DNA of 64,000 bases from Basidiobolus meristosporus CBS 931.73 (taxonomy: Eukaryota > Fungi > Basidiobolomycota). The stretch is from positions 23,900-87,899 of the forward strand of contig MCFE01000357.1 of NCBI GenBank assembly GCA_002104905.1, in the 5' to 3' direction. The notes under the pieces are model-generated. The model was not told the DNA's origin. It saw nothing but the letters and a program-made list of their open reading frames with translations, and did not search any database. The translations under genes were made by a program, and so were the position numbers. Below, one piece after another: positions 1 through 14,021 of this stretch; within the stretch, counting starts at the first letter, position 1, and each line of letters begins with the position of its first letter.

Positions 1-289
1 ATAAGGAACTTATCAATGTACAGTGATAATAGTCAAGCTGTTGTTTATTCATAAAGAGGATCAGTGTTTATATCTTTGTAGAAGTAATATAGCTGTAACA
101 CTATGTAAAGAGGGTTTCTCAATATTCAGGAGCATTCCGTAACAGTTTCAGGGTTAGTACATAAGGTTTGGTAAAAAGTGTCAATTTGATCTTTACTATA
201 GGGGAATAATCATAGGATCATAGATGTGAAGGAACTGGCAAAGTTGGGACTGCAAAGAAGTCCTACAGTGACCTAGACTAGTCTAGAAT
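1..289 (+). pseudogene. Possible decayed RNase H remnant of a retroelement
   Basis: Broken frames give MYSDNSQAV and DVKELAKLG, resembling the YxDS and ADxLAKxG motifs of retroelement RNase H; many stops and frameshifts. Confidence 0.25.
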
Positions 290-3200
290 TGTTCAGTAAA
301 TTTTTAGCTGATGAATGATACCAAATAGTCCAATATTTCTACAAATCCTTGCAGGATTCACTTTGACCATTTTCACCAAAGTAACAGGTACCCAGAACAT
401 AGAGAATACTGACCAAATTCCTTGTTAGGACTTACTTAGAATATTCTCACCAAAGTACCAGGTACCCAGAACATGGAAATTCTCAAAGTTATTCAAACAG
501 CCACAAACTTTGCACACATGTTCTTGGTGCTTTTCTAAGCCTATTCCACATGTTTGTTATTCCAAGACTGTGTGAAAGTATATATATCACTTTTACATTT
601 GATAAATCAATAAGTGAAAACCACTTAATCTACTTGTCCTCCCAATCACTTCCAGTATCCCCAAGACTCTTACAACAGGTCATGAGCCCCAAGCTGTCAC
701 TCTCTGCAATGTCTACTACTGCTATTACTGAAATTTTTCCCTCTGCTGAAAAGTTGGATGGGTCTTACTCTCAAGTGTGGAAGGTGAAGATGAAGAAACT
801 GCCACAAGTAAGATGCCTCTGGGATATTGCTGTGGGAGAAGAATGCCCTCCTAAAAGTGCAAGGATTCTCAGATGTGGTATATGGACTCTGGATCATCTC
901 AACACTTTACGTACCAAAAAAAACTTTTTACCCAATATCAAGATATTCCAATGAAGAAGGCTTTCATGGGTGACAATAGAACACTTGATGCATCGGGAGA
1001 AGGAGCTATCCAAGCTAACCTGAGAAGCAGTGAAGGAAGCCATAGACCAACCTTTAAAGAAGTACCTTATGTACTAGAAACAGCCAAGAAGCTACTATCT
1101 GTAAGCAAGACCACTGCAGAAGGACTCAGTTTCAGCTTTGACAAATCTGGATTCAAGATCAATGATCAAAATGATGCCCATATTGCTTTGAGTATCAGTG
1201 ATTGGAATCTATACAAGTTGACTTATATGTCATCCTATCTGGAAGCCAGTATAAGTAACTTGAATGAAGAAACATGAATGCTTTGGCACAGGAGATTTGA
1301 GCACATCAATTTTGAATATTTGCACAGAATGATCAAAGATCAGCTAATTTCTGGTGTAAAAATTGATCCCCCAGATAGCCTGGAGCATTGTGAAGCCTGC
1401 ATTTATGGGAAAAAAGTCAGACAACCATTCAGGAGCCCTGGGATAATCAAAACTAAGAAAAAACTAGATCTAGCTCACTCAGATCTGTGTGGACCTTTGC
1501 AAAATTTGTCCTTAGGCAGGATGAGGTATTTAACCACTGTTATTGATGATTATATAAGATACACATAGGTCAACTTTTGAGAGAGAAAGGAAAAAGCTCT
1601 GTCTAAGCTCAGGGACTTCAAAGCCATGGTGGAGAGAGAAACTGGTGGGAAAATCAAGAAAATACGCTCTGACAATGGTAGAAAATATTCCTCAAAACTT
1701 TTCATCCACTTCTGCAAATTCATGGGATAAAGCAAGAGACTACTGTACCATACTCCCCACAGCAAAATGGAGTAGCTGAATGTGCTAATAGATCACTAGT
1801 TGATGTGGTAAGATCTATGATCCATGATAAAAAATTATCCTATGATTTTGGAGCGGAATGAGTTGCCACTGCTGTATACCTTAAAAATAGGAGTTATAAC
1901 AGAATACTTCATGTGTTATGATCTGCCGCTTGAATGTCTAAGTTAGATCAATTCTTAGTCAAATCAATCAGTTATATGTTTAGGTTATCAGTATATCAGT
2001 ATTATCTATCAAATCAGTAGCATTAGTCAGCATATGAACCAGCAGATCCTTATCAGACAGAAATAGATATATTAGGTAGGATCCTATTGGGTGATGATGA
2101 TGCAATCAAAAGAGTCATCAGCCACAACTTACATTAGGAAATACAATTAGTCAGCAATTGATCTGGCAAAATGTATATAAGGAGCTGCTGGAATCTCAAT
2201 CAAGATCAGTTCAGGTTTTAGTAAATACAACACTAGCTAAACTCTCTGCTCCTCTACAACTCTTACACCAAGACTTGTAACACATGATTTACTCCATTTG
2301 AAGCATGGCATAGGTACACTCTAAGTGCAGAACATCTATGACTACTTAGGTGTACAACATATGCCAAGACACTGCCCAGGAATCAGTCAAAATTTGAACT
2401 AAAAAGTGTAAATGCATATTTTTGTGCTACTGCATGGAGAGTAAGGCATACGGACTCTACAATACCAAAGCAAAGAAGCTGATCAAGTCCAGGGATGTGT
2501 TTTTTTGATGAAAATTCAAAATTTTCACAAAAAATGACATCAGATGATGACAAAAATCTGATCTCAAGTCCACTAATTGTTAGGATAGAATGCAAGCAAA
2601 ACAATGAGGATTTTTTACTCCAGCAGACTCCACAACTGTGGTTCAGCCAGAAATAGTGCCCAGAAATATCCCAAAAGTGATCATTCCAGTATCAGATGCC
2701 TGGAGATCCAATTGGACAAGAAATAGCCCAAATTACTATATCAATGAGGGCACAAACTTAGTCTATACCTATTCAGTTCATATTGATGAACCCCAGACTG
2801 TAAAAGAGGCCCTAAATAGTCCTCAGGCAAAGTTTTGGAAATCTGCATGACTGAGGAATATCAGGCCCTAATGGAAAATAAACTTGGGACTTGGTCAAAT
2901 TACCAATCAACCAAGAATCAATTGGATGCAGATTGGTCTTCAAGACAAAATACAAGGCTGGTGGTACAGTTGAAGAATACAAAGCAAGACTTGTGGTCAA
3001 AGGATACTCTCAAACAAAAGGACTTGACTATATTGAGACCTTTGCACTGGTATCCAAGTTTAATTCCATCAGATTAATATTGGCTATTGCAGCCAAATAC
3101 AAGTTTTTCAGACATTAAATGGATGTGAAAACTGCATATTTGAATGGTGAACTTGCTGAGGACATGTATATGGCCCAGCCTGATGGGTTTGATGACCAAG

Positions 3201-3364
3201 ATAACCCCCATTTGGTCTGCAAGCTCTAAAAGTCACTATATGGTCTCAAGCAATTACTCAGAGCTTGGAATTGCAAGATATATTCTTATTTGGAATCTTT
3301 GAGTTTCAAAAGGAGTAATGCCAACTATAGTATACACTATTAGCCAGATAGAGCAAATCCAGCT
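290..3364 (+). mobile_element. Ty1/copia LTR retrotransposon, internally deleted and 3'-truncated
   Basis: LTR ends ...TTACAACA at 677, then PBS GGTCATGAGCCC and gag start MSTTAITEIFP. A deletion near 858 jumps to protease (WYMDSGSSQH), then GAG-pre-integrase (LWHRRFEH), integrase (HSDLCGP) and RT (YKARLVVKGY), ending ~3364. LTR start is approximate and contains a ~70-bp internal tandem duplication (~341-473). Confidence 0.9.
1914..2282 (+). mobile_element. Solo LTR of a second, unrelated LTR family inserted in the copia integrase
   Basis: 369 bp bounded by TGTTA...TAACA and flanked by a CATG duplication (1910-1913, 2283-2286). Removing it restores the copia sequence seen at ~11920-11950. 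Strand inferred from a TATATAA at ~2174. Confidence 0.8.
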
Positions 3365-3532
3365 CTATGCATCAAGTTGGCATTGGTGATCTGCTTCTGG
3401 ATAAATATTCCTACAATGTCCATATATGACCCCAAATGATTCCAATGTACTCCTGGTAGAAATGGCTTCAGAAGGCCACTTTAATAAGTACATATCCAGC
3501 TCATTCAGTCTTTGCATTGGTATTGTTGCATA
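3365..3532 (-). pseudogene. Fragment of CMC/EnSpm transposase
   Basis: ELDMYLLKWPSEAISTRSTLESFGVIYGHCRN...DHQCQLD matches the transposase region at ~8440-8590. Confidence 0.8.
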
Positions 3533-5216
3533 TGTTGTAAAAATTTGTATTTCCACCTAAATATTCACCTAACTTAGTCATTTAGATCATTACCTTCATA
3601 TTCTAGAGAATACTGACCAAATTCCTTGTTGGGATTTACTTAGAATATTTTCACCAATATACCAGATACCCAGAACATGAAAATTCTCAAATTTGTCCAA
3701 ACAGCCCCAAATTTGCACACATGTTCTTGGGACCTTCCTTGACCTATTCTAAGTGTTTGTTATGCCAAGACCATGCAAAAGTATAAATATTAGTTTTGCA
3801 TTCAATAAATCATTAAGTGAAAACCACATAATCTACTTGTACTCCCAATCACTTCTAATATTTCCAAGACTCTTACAACAGGTTATGAGCCCCAAGCTGT
3901 CACTCCCTGCAATGTATACTACTGCTATTACCAGAATGTTTCCCTCTGCTGAGAAGTTGGATCAATCTAACTACCAAGTGTGGAAGGTGAAGATGAAGAT
4001 GCTGCTACAAGAAAGAGGCCTATGGGATATTGTCATGGGAGAAGAATGCCCTCCTAAAATGTGGGAGAGGAAGCCTTAAAGTACCAGAAAAAAGAACAAA
4101 GTGCCTTTAACTGCATTTGACTTAATCTTAAAGACAAATAGTTAATTCAATGCTCAAAAGTAAAAACAGCAAAGCCCTGACTTTCCTTATCAATATATGG
4201 CTGGAAATCTGATGTATATCATGCTTGGAACATGTCCAGATATCATATATTCAGTGGGAGTTGTCAGCCAACATAATCTGAGCTATGGATCTGATCATAT
4301 TGCACCAGTTAAGCGGATTTTTAAATACCTAAAAGTAATTGCTGATATCTGCTTAAGATACACTTATAGGGACTAAGAATAGAACCTTGTGGGATACTCT
4401 GATGCTGATTGGGGACAAAATTTGGAACACAGAAGATCCACCACAGGATACACCTTTGTTTACTGTAAAGCAGCAATTTCATGGAATTCAAGAAAGCAAC
4501 CAGCAGCAGCACTTTCTACCACAGAGGCAGAGTATATGGCAGCCTGTCAAGCTGCAAAAGAAGCTATGTGGTTAAGAAAGCTTTTTAAAGATTTAGGCCT
4601 ATGTCAAAAAACACCTTTTACATTATTTCAAGATAATTAAGGATGTACACAATTAGGTAGAGATTCAACTTCTCATGCTAGAACTAAGCACATGGATATT
4701 AGACATCATTTCATATGTGAAGCTATAGAGAATAACTTAGTTAGTTTGGTTTACTGCCCTTCTGATGAAACAATTGCAAACATATTTACCAAACCATTAG
4801 CTAGAGACAAGTTGAATATCTTAGGTCAAAATCAGGACTAGTCAGTATGAACATTTAGCTGAGTGGGAGTGTTGTAAATATTTGTAATTCCACCAAAATA
4901 TTCACTGAACTTAGTCACTTAGATCATTACCTTCAAATTCTAGCAAATACTGACCAAATTCCTTGTTGGGATTTACTTTGAATATTTTCACTAAAATACC
5001 AGGTACCAGGAACATGAAAATTCTCAAAGTTGTCCAAACAACCCTAGAACTTGCACACATGTTCTTTGGACCTTCCTTAACCTATACTACATGTTTGTTA
5101 TGCCAGGATCATGTAAAAGTATAAATACAACTTTTACATTCAATAAGCCATGAAGTGAAAACTACATAATCTCTTGTCCTCCTGATACTTCCAGTATCTC
5201 CAAGACTCTTATAACA
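3533..5216 (+). mobile_element. Internally deleted (non-autonomous) copia with both LTRs, PBS and PPT
   Basis: LTR 3533-3880, PBS GGTTATGAGCCC, gag start, junction at ~4171 into late RT/RNase H (GYSDADW), PPT TGAGTGGGAG, LTR 4870-5216. No matching TSD found. Confidence 0.85.
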
Positions 5217-5880
5217 GAATCAAGCCATTGCAAATTAGTGATCATTAAATTTTTGTTATAGGTAACATCAAGGTTGTCAAAATTAATGACAGAGCTCCTA
5301 TAATAAATTCCATGCATATGTATACATCATCTGTTACACCGGTGCAGCTATTTGATCTGATTTGCACCTACTCAATTTGTTGCATGCTTGCTATGACACC
5401 TTATCAAATCACTAAGGTCAGGGATCTACTTGCTCAATGGGCAAAATGGGATATTTGATGGCAAGTCAGGTAGCTTGTGTATTGGTCAATGAGCCAAGTG
5501 GGAGCTAATAGCTTCAGGATACTCTTAGACCTATCAAATATTGACATATCAACCAATTCAAATAACAATAACAACTATGGTAAGTATCAGTGTAGCTTAT
5601 AGTGTGATACACATTTATTTCCATTTACATTAAAGAAGCCTATCCAAATACTGGATTTTACCTCCCACAATAATGGTATCCATTTGCGCATGTGATGCAA
5701 ACATTACAAGTTGGTGCAATCATCCATGTCAACCTCATTGTGTCAGATTGTGCCATAGTGTGCAAGATAGCTCCACACAATGCAAAATGGCCTAAGAGTA
5801 ATCCTGCCTACTGGTAACTACAAAATTGAGCCCAAATGTATTTTGCAATCATGGATTGTGCCTTGCACCCTGGCCCCAAA

Positions 5881-6189
5881 CAGTGGAAGAAGTCTATTAT
5901 GTGGTTTGCATGTAATGATTTGAATGTAAAAATAGCATTTGTACTTTTCCATGGTATTGGCATAGCAAGCACATAGAATAGACTTAAGAAGGTCCCAAGA
6001 ACCTGTTTGCAAAGTTTGGGGCTGTTTTGACACTTTGAGAATTTTCACAAACTGGCTTCCGGATATTTAGTGAAAATTTTCAAAGTAAACCCAACAAGGA
6101 ATACTGCTAGTATTCTCTAAGATTAGTATGTGATAATCTAAGTAACTAAGTTAGATGAATATACAGGTAGAATTTCAAACTTTTACACA
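5881..6189 (-). mobile_element. Degenerate partial copia LTR, reverse orientation
   Basis: Reverse complement aligns with the 9690-10039 LTR (e.g. aaggtcccaagaa...aaagtttggggctg); ends eroded. Confidence 0.75.
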
Positions 6190-6199
6190 AAAATAGGAA

Positions 6200-7106
6200 C
6201 TAAAACAGAATATTTTGGGACACTACTTCCTTTAGGGAATGTTATGGATATAAACCAGGTTCATATCACCTAAGAGTATTTAGATGCTTGGCACATGCCA
6301 AAAAAAAGTCGGGAATATTCAGAACTTCAGCTAAAATGTGCTATATAATATAAACTCAAAGGATCACAAAATGATTACAGATGATGACCAATATTCAAAT
6401 GCAAGCCCATCAGCTGTTATCATTTAATTAGAATAAGACCATTGGCTTCTTTCACTCCAGAGGACTCTGCAGCCATGGTTTATCCTGGACTGGTGCCTAG
6501 GAATATCCCAGAAGCTGGTTTGCAGCATCATAAGGCAGAAGATGAAATCAAACTCAGAAGTAGCCCTAGTGACTATATCAGTGAGCGTATCAACTTGGTC
6601 AATACTTATTTAGTCCATATTGATGAGCCACACATAGTACAGAGGCCTAAATAGCCCTCAGGCAAAGCTTTTGAGATCTGTAAAGACTGAGGACCAGCAC
6701 ACCCTGATGGAAAATCAAACATGAGATTTGGTCAAGTTCCTGATCAATCTAAATCAATTGGATGCAAGTAGGTCCTCACCACAAAATACAAGGTTGATGG
6801 TACAGTTGCTAGACACAAAGCAAGACTTGTGGCCAAGGGATACTCATAAACAATGGTACTGAGCTACACTGACACCTTTCCACTGGTAGCCAAGTTTAAT
6901 ATTCTAACACTAATATTGGCTATTACAGCCAAATAGAGGTTATTTATTTATCAAATGCAGGCAAAAACCAAACTTTTGAATGGTCAGCATGATGAGGATG
7001 CATACATTGACTAGACTGGTGGGTTTGCTGACTGAAATACTCCCCATTTTAACTGAAAGCTTAATAATCTCTACAGTCTGAGTCATTGCCAATATGCTGG
7101 AATTGC
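6200..7106 (+). mobile_element. Old copia internal region, left part (integrase C-terminus to RT), interrupted by the CMC transposon
   Basis: Degenerate similarity to ~11900-12925 of the intact element; stops at ...CTGGAATTGC (7106). Confidence 0.75.
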
Positions 7107-10039
7107 CCCTATGAAAAATAATTTGGTCCCACAGGTGGATCCAATTTGGATCAGTTGTCAATATCCTGTCAGGAGACTGCTATAATACCAGCAGCTTCAA
7201 ATTAATGACCATTTACACAATCTTGTGATAAGATCACAACAGTATTTGCTAATTTTACAGCCAAATAAAGTTGATAAAATATGACATTGTTCATAAAGTG
7301 TATTGCCAAGGGTGGTACGGCATTGTTGTGGTCTTGGTGCACTTTACAATGATTTGAGTGAACCTAACTGGCCAGTACATCCAATTGCCTTATATGGCAA
7401 GGAACTTGACAGTGTTTGATGGCCTCTTTGCAAGCCTCTGATGGCATTATCATGGCAGTATGGTGGCCTACAGCTAGCAACATAAAATGCTACCATACCA
7501 TTTTACCAAGTGGTATTTCCTTTTTCTACCTCCCCTTGCACAACTCATATATTCCACTGTAGAATCATCCCTCTTGATTTGCTTACCCACTACATCCTTG
7601 GGTATTCCACATATATCTTAAATCAAAAAATACTATGGCCCCCAGCATACCAACCTCTACCAACACACACACCTGCTGCAATTGACACACTTCTATCACC
7701 TCAACTTTACGGCTTTTTGGTGTGATGCTTGCAAAGTAGCCATATATCTTACATTGCTGGTAACATATACATCTTGCAAACAGATGCTTGGCTGCTGCCA
7801 CTTCTGCCATGAATACCTCTTGAATATCAGCAAAGAACTTCTTGGTATTTAACCAATATATTCCTTCTCCCTGCTGGATTCTAGTCCCCTTTATAAGTGC
7901 ATTCTGGCTCTTTTTTGTGTGAATTTCATATTGAATGGTGTAGAAATTGGCTTGTGACCAAGTGAGATCCAGCATACCTTGGTAGAGTTTTCCTAATAAA
8001 AATTAGTTACTTGTTGCATCCAACCCAACCTTGCATTACTTAACTGATTACCCACACATTGGGGCTGCTTAGCTTCTTAATGACATAGGCATAGATGTCT
8101 CCATGTGCACATCTGTCCTCAGTATTTTCCAACTTTTCCTGGCTGTCCTCCATGCACCAATTCATCACATCCATGACAGATTTGAAGGTAATATTCTTGA
8201 TGAAAATGGGATATGGTAGTACCTGCGACTTGACTTGTCTTCCTATCTCCCCACACATCTGCTCCATAGGAAACTCCCAAAAGGTGAAGCAAGGTCCAAT
8301 ATTCTCAATACACCAAGTAAGATGGAATAGCAAATGGATACAGCAGTGGCAGAGATCTATGCATTCAGCTTTATGTTTATAGTATAGCCACTCAAATCCT
8401 GTCACAAACATTTTGCACAATAGCTGTAGATGTGTCAAGCTGGCATTGGTGATCTGCATCTTGATGATTATTCCTGCAAAGTCCACATATGACTCCCAAT
8501 GCTTCCAATGTACTCTTGGTAGCAATAGCTTCAGAAGGCCACTTGAATAAATACATATCCAGTTCATCCAGTCCTTGCACTAGTATTGTCACATGGGCAT
8601 ATGAATGTTGGTTGGAGCCTGTGAGAGGTAGCTATGGTAGCAGATACTTTGTAATATCTTGCCAATTATTTCAAATTTCTTTAGTATTTCAAAGAGCTAT
8701 TTAGCTTGAGATCCCCCACGTACAACTGGGTCATCAGTATAGGGATATTTTTGAAAAACTATTACATTGCTCCCGGTGGAAAGTTTTTGCTGCAACAGAT
8801 ACCCTCTATCCTAAACATCTCTGGTTTACAATTAATTCCATATTATTGCCAATGGCTTATAGCTTGCCAACTTTGCTGCAATTGCATTCTGCCATTTGTA
8901 TGTTCTCTCTGTGGAAAGATTATGCTCTTAGTGTTGGTGGTTGGGTAATAATAGTGTGTGTGAGTTATGAAGTAAGTCCCCTGGATCTCACACATTTGAC
9001 AGCAATGCATGCCATTGTGCCCAGAAAAGCTGGCTATCTTGCTGATGCCTGGTGTATATCCAATGCAGATAATAATATGAGCTTTTACATGATGGCCATT
9101 TACTGTTATCCTACTGGAAAGCATGCAAAATTCATCTAGCAATGGATACAGGTAGCTATCCAGGTTGGATTGTGATTTAGGCCCAGATACCAGTGAGACC
9201 ACCATAAGATTTTGGCACTGATACCGTAAGATAGGCAGCAAAATCAGGTTGATGAGATTCAGTTGCCAGCAGGATCTGCTGGTGGAGTACTTGTTTGATG
9301 AGTATCCATCAAGTGCCAAGGCAAAGGCAAGGTCATACATACCTTCAAAGTGGCCCTTGCTTCTTAGCTGTTTGTAGTGTTTGCCATCAAGCATATCTGA
9401 TACGTTTGTGTTTGATTGATACTGAGTGGGGTACTTTATAGATTCACAATATTTGTCAGACTGCATGAGCTTGTTTATATGTGGTATTACTGTAATATAT
9501 CTGGAGTGTGAGCAATGTTTTCCCCCAATGGTGGTGGATTCCCGCCAAGTTGGACACCTTGCAGTGGTGGCATTTCCAGATGTGAATGCCATGTAATTGT
9601 TAACACATGCTGGCATCAGGACAGTCTCTGGATCATATGTTGCCAGCCATATGGCAGTTTTCCACTTATACTATATACATGGTAAGTTGTGTTGTAAAGA
9701 ATTTGTATTTCCACCTAAATATTCACCTAACTTAGTCACTTAGATCATTACCTTCCTATCCTAGAGAACACTGACCAAATTCCTTGTTGAGATTTACTTG
9801 GAATATTTTCACCAAAATACCAGGTACTCAGAAAATGAAAATCCTCAAAGTTGTCCAAACAGCCCCAAACTTTGCACACATGCTCTTGGGACCTTCCTTA
9901 ATCTATTCTAAGTGTTTGTGAATCCAAGGCCATATAAAAGTATAAATACTACTCTTACATTCAATAAATCATTAAGTGAAAACCACATAATCTACTTGTC
10001 CTCCCAGTCACTTCCAATACCTCCAAGACTCTTACAACA

Positions 10040-10051
10040 GGTTATGAGCCC
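10040..10051 (+). other. Primer-binding site GGTTATGAGCCC (copia-type, initiator tRNA-Met half-molecule priming)
   Basis: Directly follows the 5' LTR; the same motif follows the LTRs ending at 677, 3880 and 56473; resembles the Drosophila copia PBS GGTTATGGGCCC. Confidence 0.75.
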
Positions 10052-10070
10052 CAAGCTGGCACTCTCTGCA

Positions 10071-13000
10071 ATGTCCACTAATGCTATTACTGGAATTTTT
10101 CCCTCTGCTGAAAAGTTGGATGAATCTAACTATCAAGTGTGGAAGGTGAAGATGAAGATGCTGCTGCAAGAAAGAGGACTTTGGGATATTGTCTTGGGAG
10201 ATGAATGCCCTCCTAAATACACGGGAGAGGAAGCCTTGAAGTACCAGAAAAAAGAACAAAGTGTCTTTAACTGCATTTGCCTTAATGTTAAAGACAAATT
10301 GCTAATTCAATGCTCAAGAGCAAAAACAGCAAAGAATGCCTGGAAGGCATTAGAAGACACCTACCAGTCATGTTAAGCTGCTAAGCAAATGTATCTGAGA
10401 CAAAATTCTTTACTACAAAGATGCTGTCAGGAGAAGAAATGAAAAATCTAATTAACAGAATTATCCTGCTGGTAGATGAGATGGAATCTGTGGGTGTACC
10501 AACCACTGATGTGGATGTGATAGTTACCATCCTAAATAGCCTGACAGACAGGTTTTGGGGCCTTTTATCATCTCTAGAGTCCAGAACTGAAGATTTGACC
10601 TTAAATTACATATATGGAAGGCTCCTGGAAGAAGAATTAAGAAAATCAAGTGCAATTAAAAAGGAAGAAGAAAATGCTTTAGTAAGCAATGATAACCAGC
10701 AAAGGAGGTACCCAAAGCCCTACAAAGACAACAGCAACCTGGTTTATAACTACTGCAAAAGGAAAGGACACACATCAGACCGGTGTCTCAAAAAGAAAAA
10801 TAATCAGCAAAAGAAGCCTGAATATGGAAATACTGCACCAACTGAAGATCGACTATTCATATCTGTACTAAATATGACCACAAACAAGGATTCTCAGATG
10901 TGGTATATTGACTCTGGAGCATCTCAACACTTTATGCACCAAAAAGAACTTTTTACCCAATGTCAAGAAATTCCAATTATGAAGGTTTTCATGGGTGACA
11001 AAAGAACATTTGATGCAGTGGGAGAAGGAACTATCCAAGTAAACCTAAGAAGCAGTGAAGGAAGCCATACACTGACCTTGAAAGAAGTACTCTATGCACC
11101 AGAAATTGCCAAGAACCTACTATCTTTAAGCAAGGCCACTGCAGAAGGACTCAGTTTCAGCTTTCACAACTCTGGATGCAAGATCAATGATCAAGATGGT
11201 GCCCATATTGCTTTGGGTGTCAGAGATCAGAATCCATACAAGTTGACTTATATTCCACCATGTTTGGAAGTCAATATAAGTAACTTAAATGAAGACACAC
11301 CAATGCTTTGGCACAGGAGATTTAGGAACATCAATTTTGATTATTTGTGCAAAATGATCAAAAATCAGCTAATTTCTGGAGTAAAAATTGATCTCCCAGC
11401 TAGTTTGGAGCACTGTAAAGCCTGCATATATGGGAAACAAGCCAGACAAATGTTCAAGAGCTCTGGGTTGATCAAAATTAAGAAAATTTTAATCTAATTC
11501 ACTCAGATCTGTGTGGACCTATTCAAAATTTATCCTTAGGTGGATGAAGTATTTAATCACGTTTAGTGATGATTATACAAGATACACATGGGTCTACTTC
11601 ATTAAGAGAAAGGAAGAAGCTCTTTCTAAGTTGAGGGCGTTTACAGCCATGGTGGAGAGAGAAACTGGTGAAAAAAACAAGAAAATATGCTCTGACAATG
11701 GTGGAGAATATACCTCAAAACTCTTCATCCACTTCTGCAAAATTCATGGGATAAAGCAAGAGACTACTGTACCATACTCTCCACAGCAAAATGAAGAAGC
11801 AGAACATGCTAACAGATCAATAATTGATATGGCAAGATCTATGATCCATGATCAAAAATTATATTATGATTTTTGGGTGGAATTGTTGCCACTGCTGTAT
11901 ATCTTAAGAATAGGAGTTATAACAGAATACTGTGTGATTCTACTCCATTTGAAGCATGGTATTAATACAGACCAAGTGCAGAACATCCAAGAATATTTGG
12001 GTGTACAGCATATGCCAAGAAACTGCCCAGAAATCAGTCAAAATTTGCGCCAAAAAGTGTAAAATGCATATTTTTGGGCTACTGCAATGAGAGTAAAGCA
12101 TACAGACTCTACAATACTGAAGCAAAGAAGCTGATCAAGTCCAGGGATGTGTTGTTTGAGGAAGATTCAAAATTCTCACAAAAAACGACATCAGATGATG
12201 ACAAATATCTGATCTCAAATCCACCAATTGTCAGGATTGAATAGTGCAAAACAATGAAAATTTTTTCACTCCAGAGGACTTTACAACCGTGGTTCAGCCA
12301 GAATCAGTGCCCAGGAATATCCCAGAAGTGATCACTCCAGTATCAAATGCCTGGAGATCCAATTGGATAAGAAATAGCCCAAATTACTATATCAATGATG
12401 ATACAAACTTAGCCTATGCCTATTCAGTCCATATTGATGAACCCCAGACTGTAAAAGAGGCCCTAAATAGCCCTCAGACAAAGTATTGGAGATCTGCAAT
12501 GACTGAGGAATATCAGGCTCTGGTGGAAAATCAAACTTGGGACTTCGTCAAATTACCAATCAACCAAGAATCAATTTGATGCAGATTGGTCTTCAAGACA
12601 AAATACAAGGCTGATGGTACAATTGAAAGATACAAAGCAACACTTGTAGCCAAAGGATACTCTCAAACAAAAGGACTTGACTATACTGAGACCTTTGCAC
12701 TGGTATCCAAGTTTAATTCCATCAGATTAATATTGGCTATTGCAGCCAAATATAAGTTTTTTATTCATCAAATAGATGCAAAAACTGCATTATTGAATGG
12801 AGAACTTGATGAGGACGTGTATATGGACCAGCCTGATGGGTTTATTGACCAAGATAACCCCCATTTGGTCTGCAAGCTTAAAAAGTCACTATATGCTCTC
12901 AAATAATCACTCAGAGTCTGGAATTGCAAGATAGATTTTTATTTGGAATCTTTGAGTTTCAAAAGGAGTAATGCTGACTATTGTATATACTATAAGCCAG

Positions 13001-14010
13001 ACAGAGCAAATCCAGTTCTATTAGCTCTATATATTGATGATCTTATTATAGCCGCTAATAACCTAGCAACATTGGAAGAGACTAAATCCAGCCTGTCTAA
13101 GAAGTTCAAGATGTCCAATCTAGGAGAACTTAGTTACTACTTAGGGATTAAGTTCTCCATAGACCAAAGAGCCCAGACTATCACCCTAAGCCAATCCAAG
13201 TATATTCAAGATATACTAAAGCAGTACCAAATGGAAGACCGTAAACTGGCAGCTACCCCAATGGAGACAAACCTTAACTTGGTCAAAACTCAACCAAATC
13301 AAGAGAGCTTGGTGCCATCTGAAAGCCCTGACTTTCCATATCAATCTATAGTTGACAGTCTGATATATATTATACTTGGAACACATGCAGATATCTCATA
13401 TTCAGTGGGAGCTGTCAGCCAACGTAATCAGAACTATGGAACTGATCATATTGCAGCAGTTAAGTGGATTTTCAGATACCTAAAAGGAACTGCTGATATC
13501 TGCTTAAGATTCACTTATAATGATTCAGAACAGGATCTAGTGGGATACTCTGATGCTGATTGGGGATGAAATTTGGAAGATAGAAGATCTACCACAAGAT
13601 ACACCTTTCTTTACTGCAAAGAAGCAATTTCATGGAACTCAAGAAAGCAACCAACTGTAGCTCTTTCAACCACAGAGGCAGAGCATATGGCAGTCTGTGA
13701 AGCTACAAAAGAAGCAATGTGGCTAAGAAAACTTTTTACAGACTTAGGCCTATGTCAAAAAACGCCTATTACTTTATTTCAAGATAATCAAGGATGTTTA
13801 CAATTAAGTAGATATCCAACTTTTCATGCTAGAACCAAGCACATAGATATTAGACATCATTTCATACATGATGCTATAGAGAATAACTTAGTTAGCTTAG
13901 TTTACTGTCCTTCAGATGAAATGATTGCAGACATATTTACCAAACCATTTGCTAGAGACAAGTTTGAATATCTTAGGTCAAAATTAGGACTAGTCAGTAT
14001 GAACATTTAG
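10071..14010 (+). pseudogene. copia gag-pol polyprotein with stops and frameshifts
   Basis: Zinc knuckle CNYCKRKGHTSDRC-like, WYIDSGASQH, LWHRRFRN, SDNGGEY, YKATLVAKGY, LYIDDL, GYSDADW, HARTKHIDIRHH; broken at ~10376, ~10410, ~11497, ~12062, ~12579, ~12906, ~13569. Confidence 0.93.
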
Positions 14011-14021
14011 TTGAGTGGGAG
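14011..14021 (+). other. Polypurine tract
   Basis: TTGAGTGGGAG immediately before the 3' LTR; the same motif precedes the LTRs at 4870 and (reverse strand) 56889. Confidence 0.8.

Noticed and set aside
550-954. Recurring 100-150 aa ORFs starting MFV(I/M)PR (also 3753, 9912, 14242, 56214, 56342)
   Set aside because: They are read-throughs of the copia LTR/PBS into gag from alternative start codons, not independent genes.
5220-5870. CpG-poor stretch with broken frames (e.g. PYQITKVRDLLAQW)
   Set aside because: Probably a TE remnant, but no motif is strong enough to classify it.
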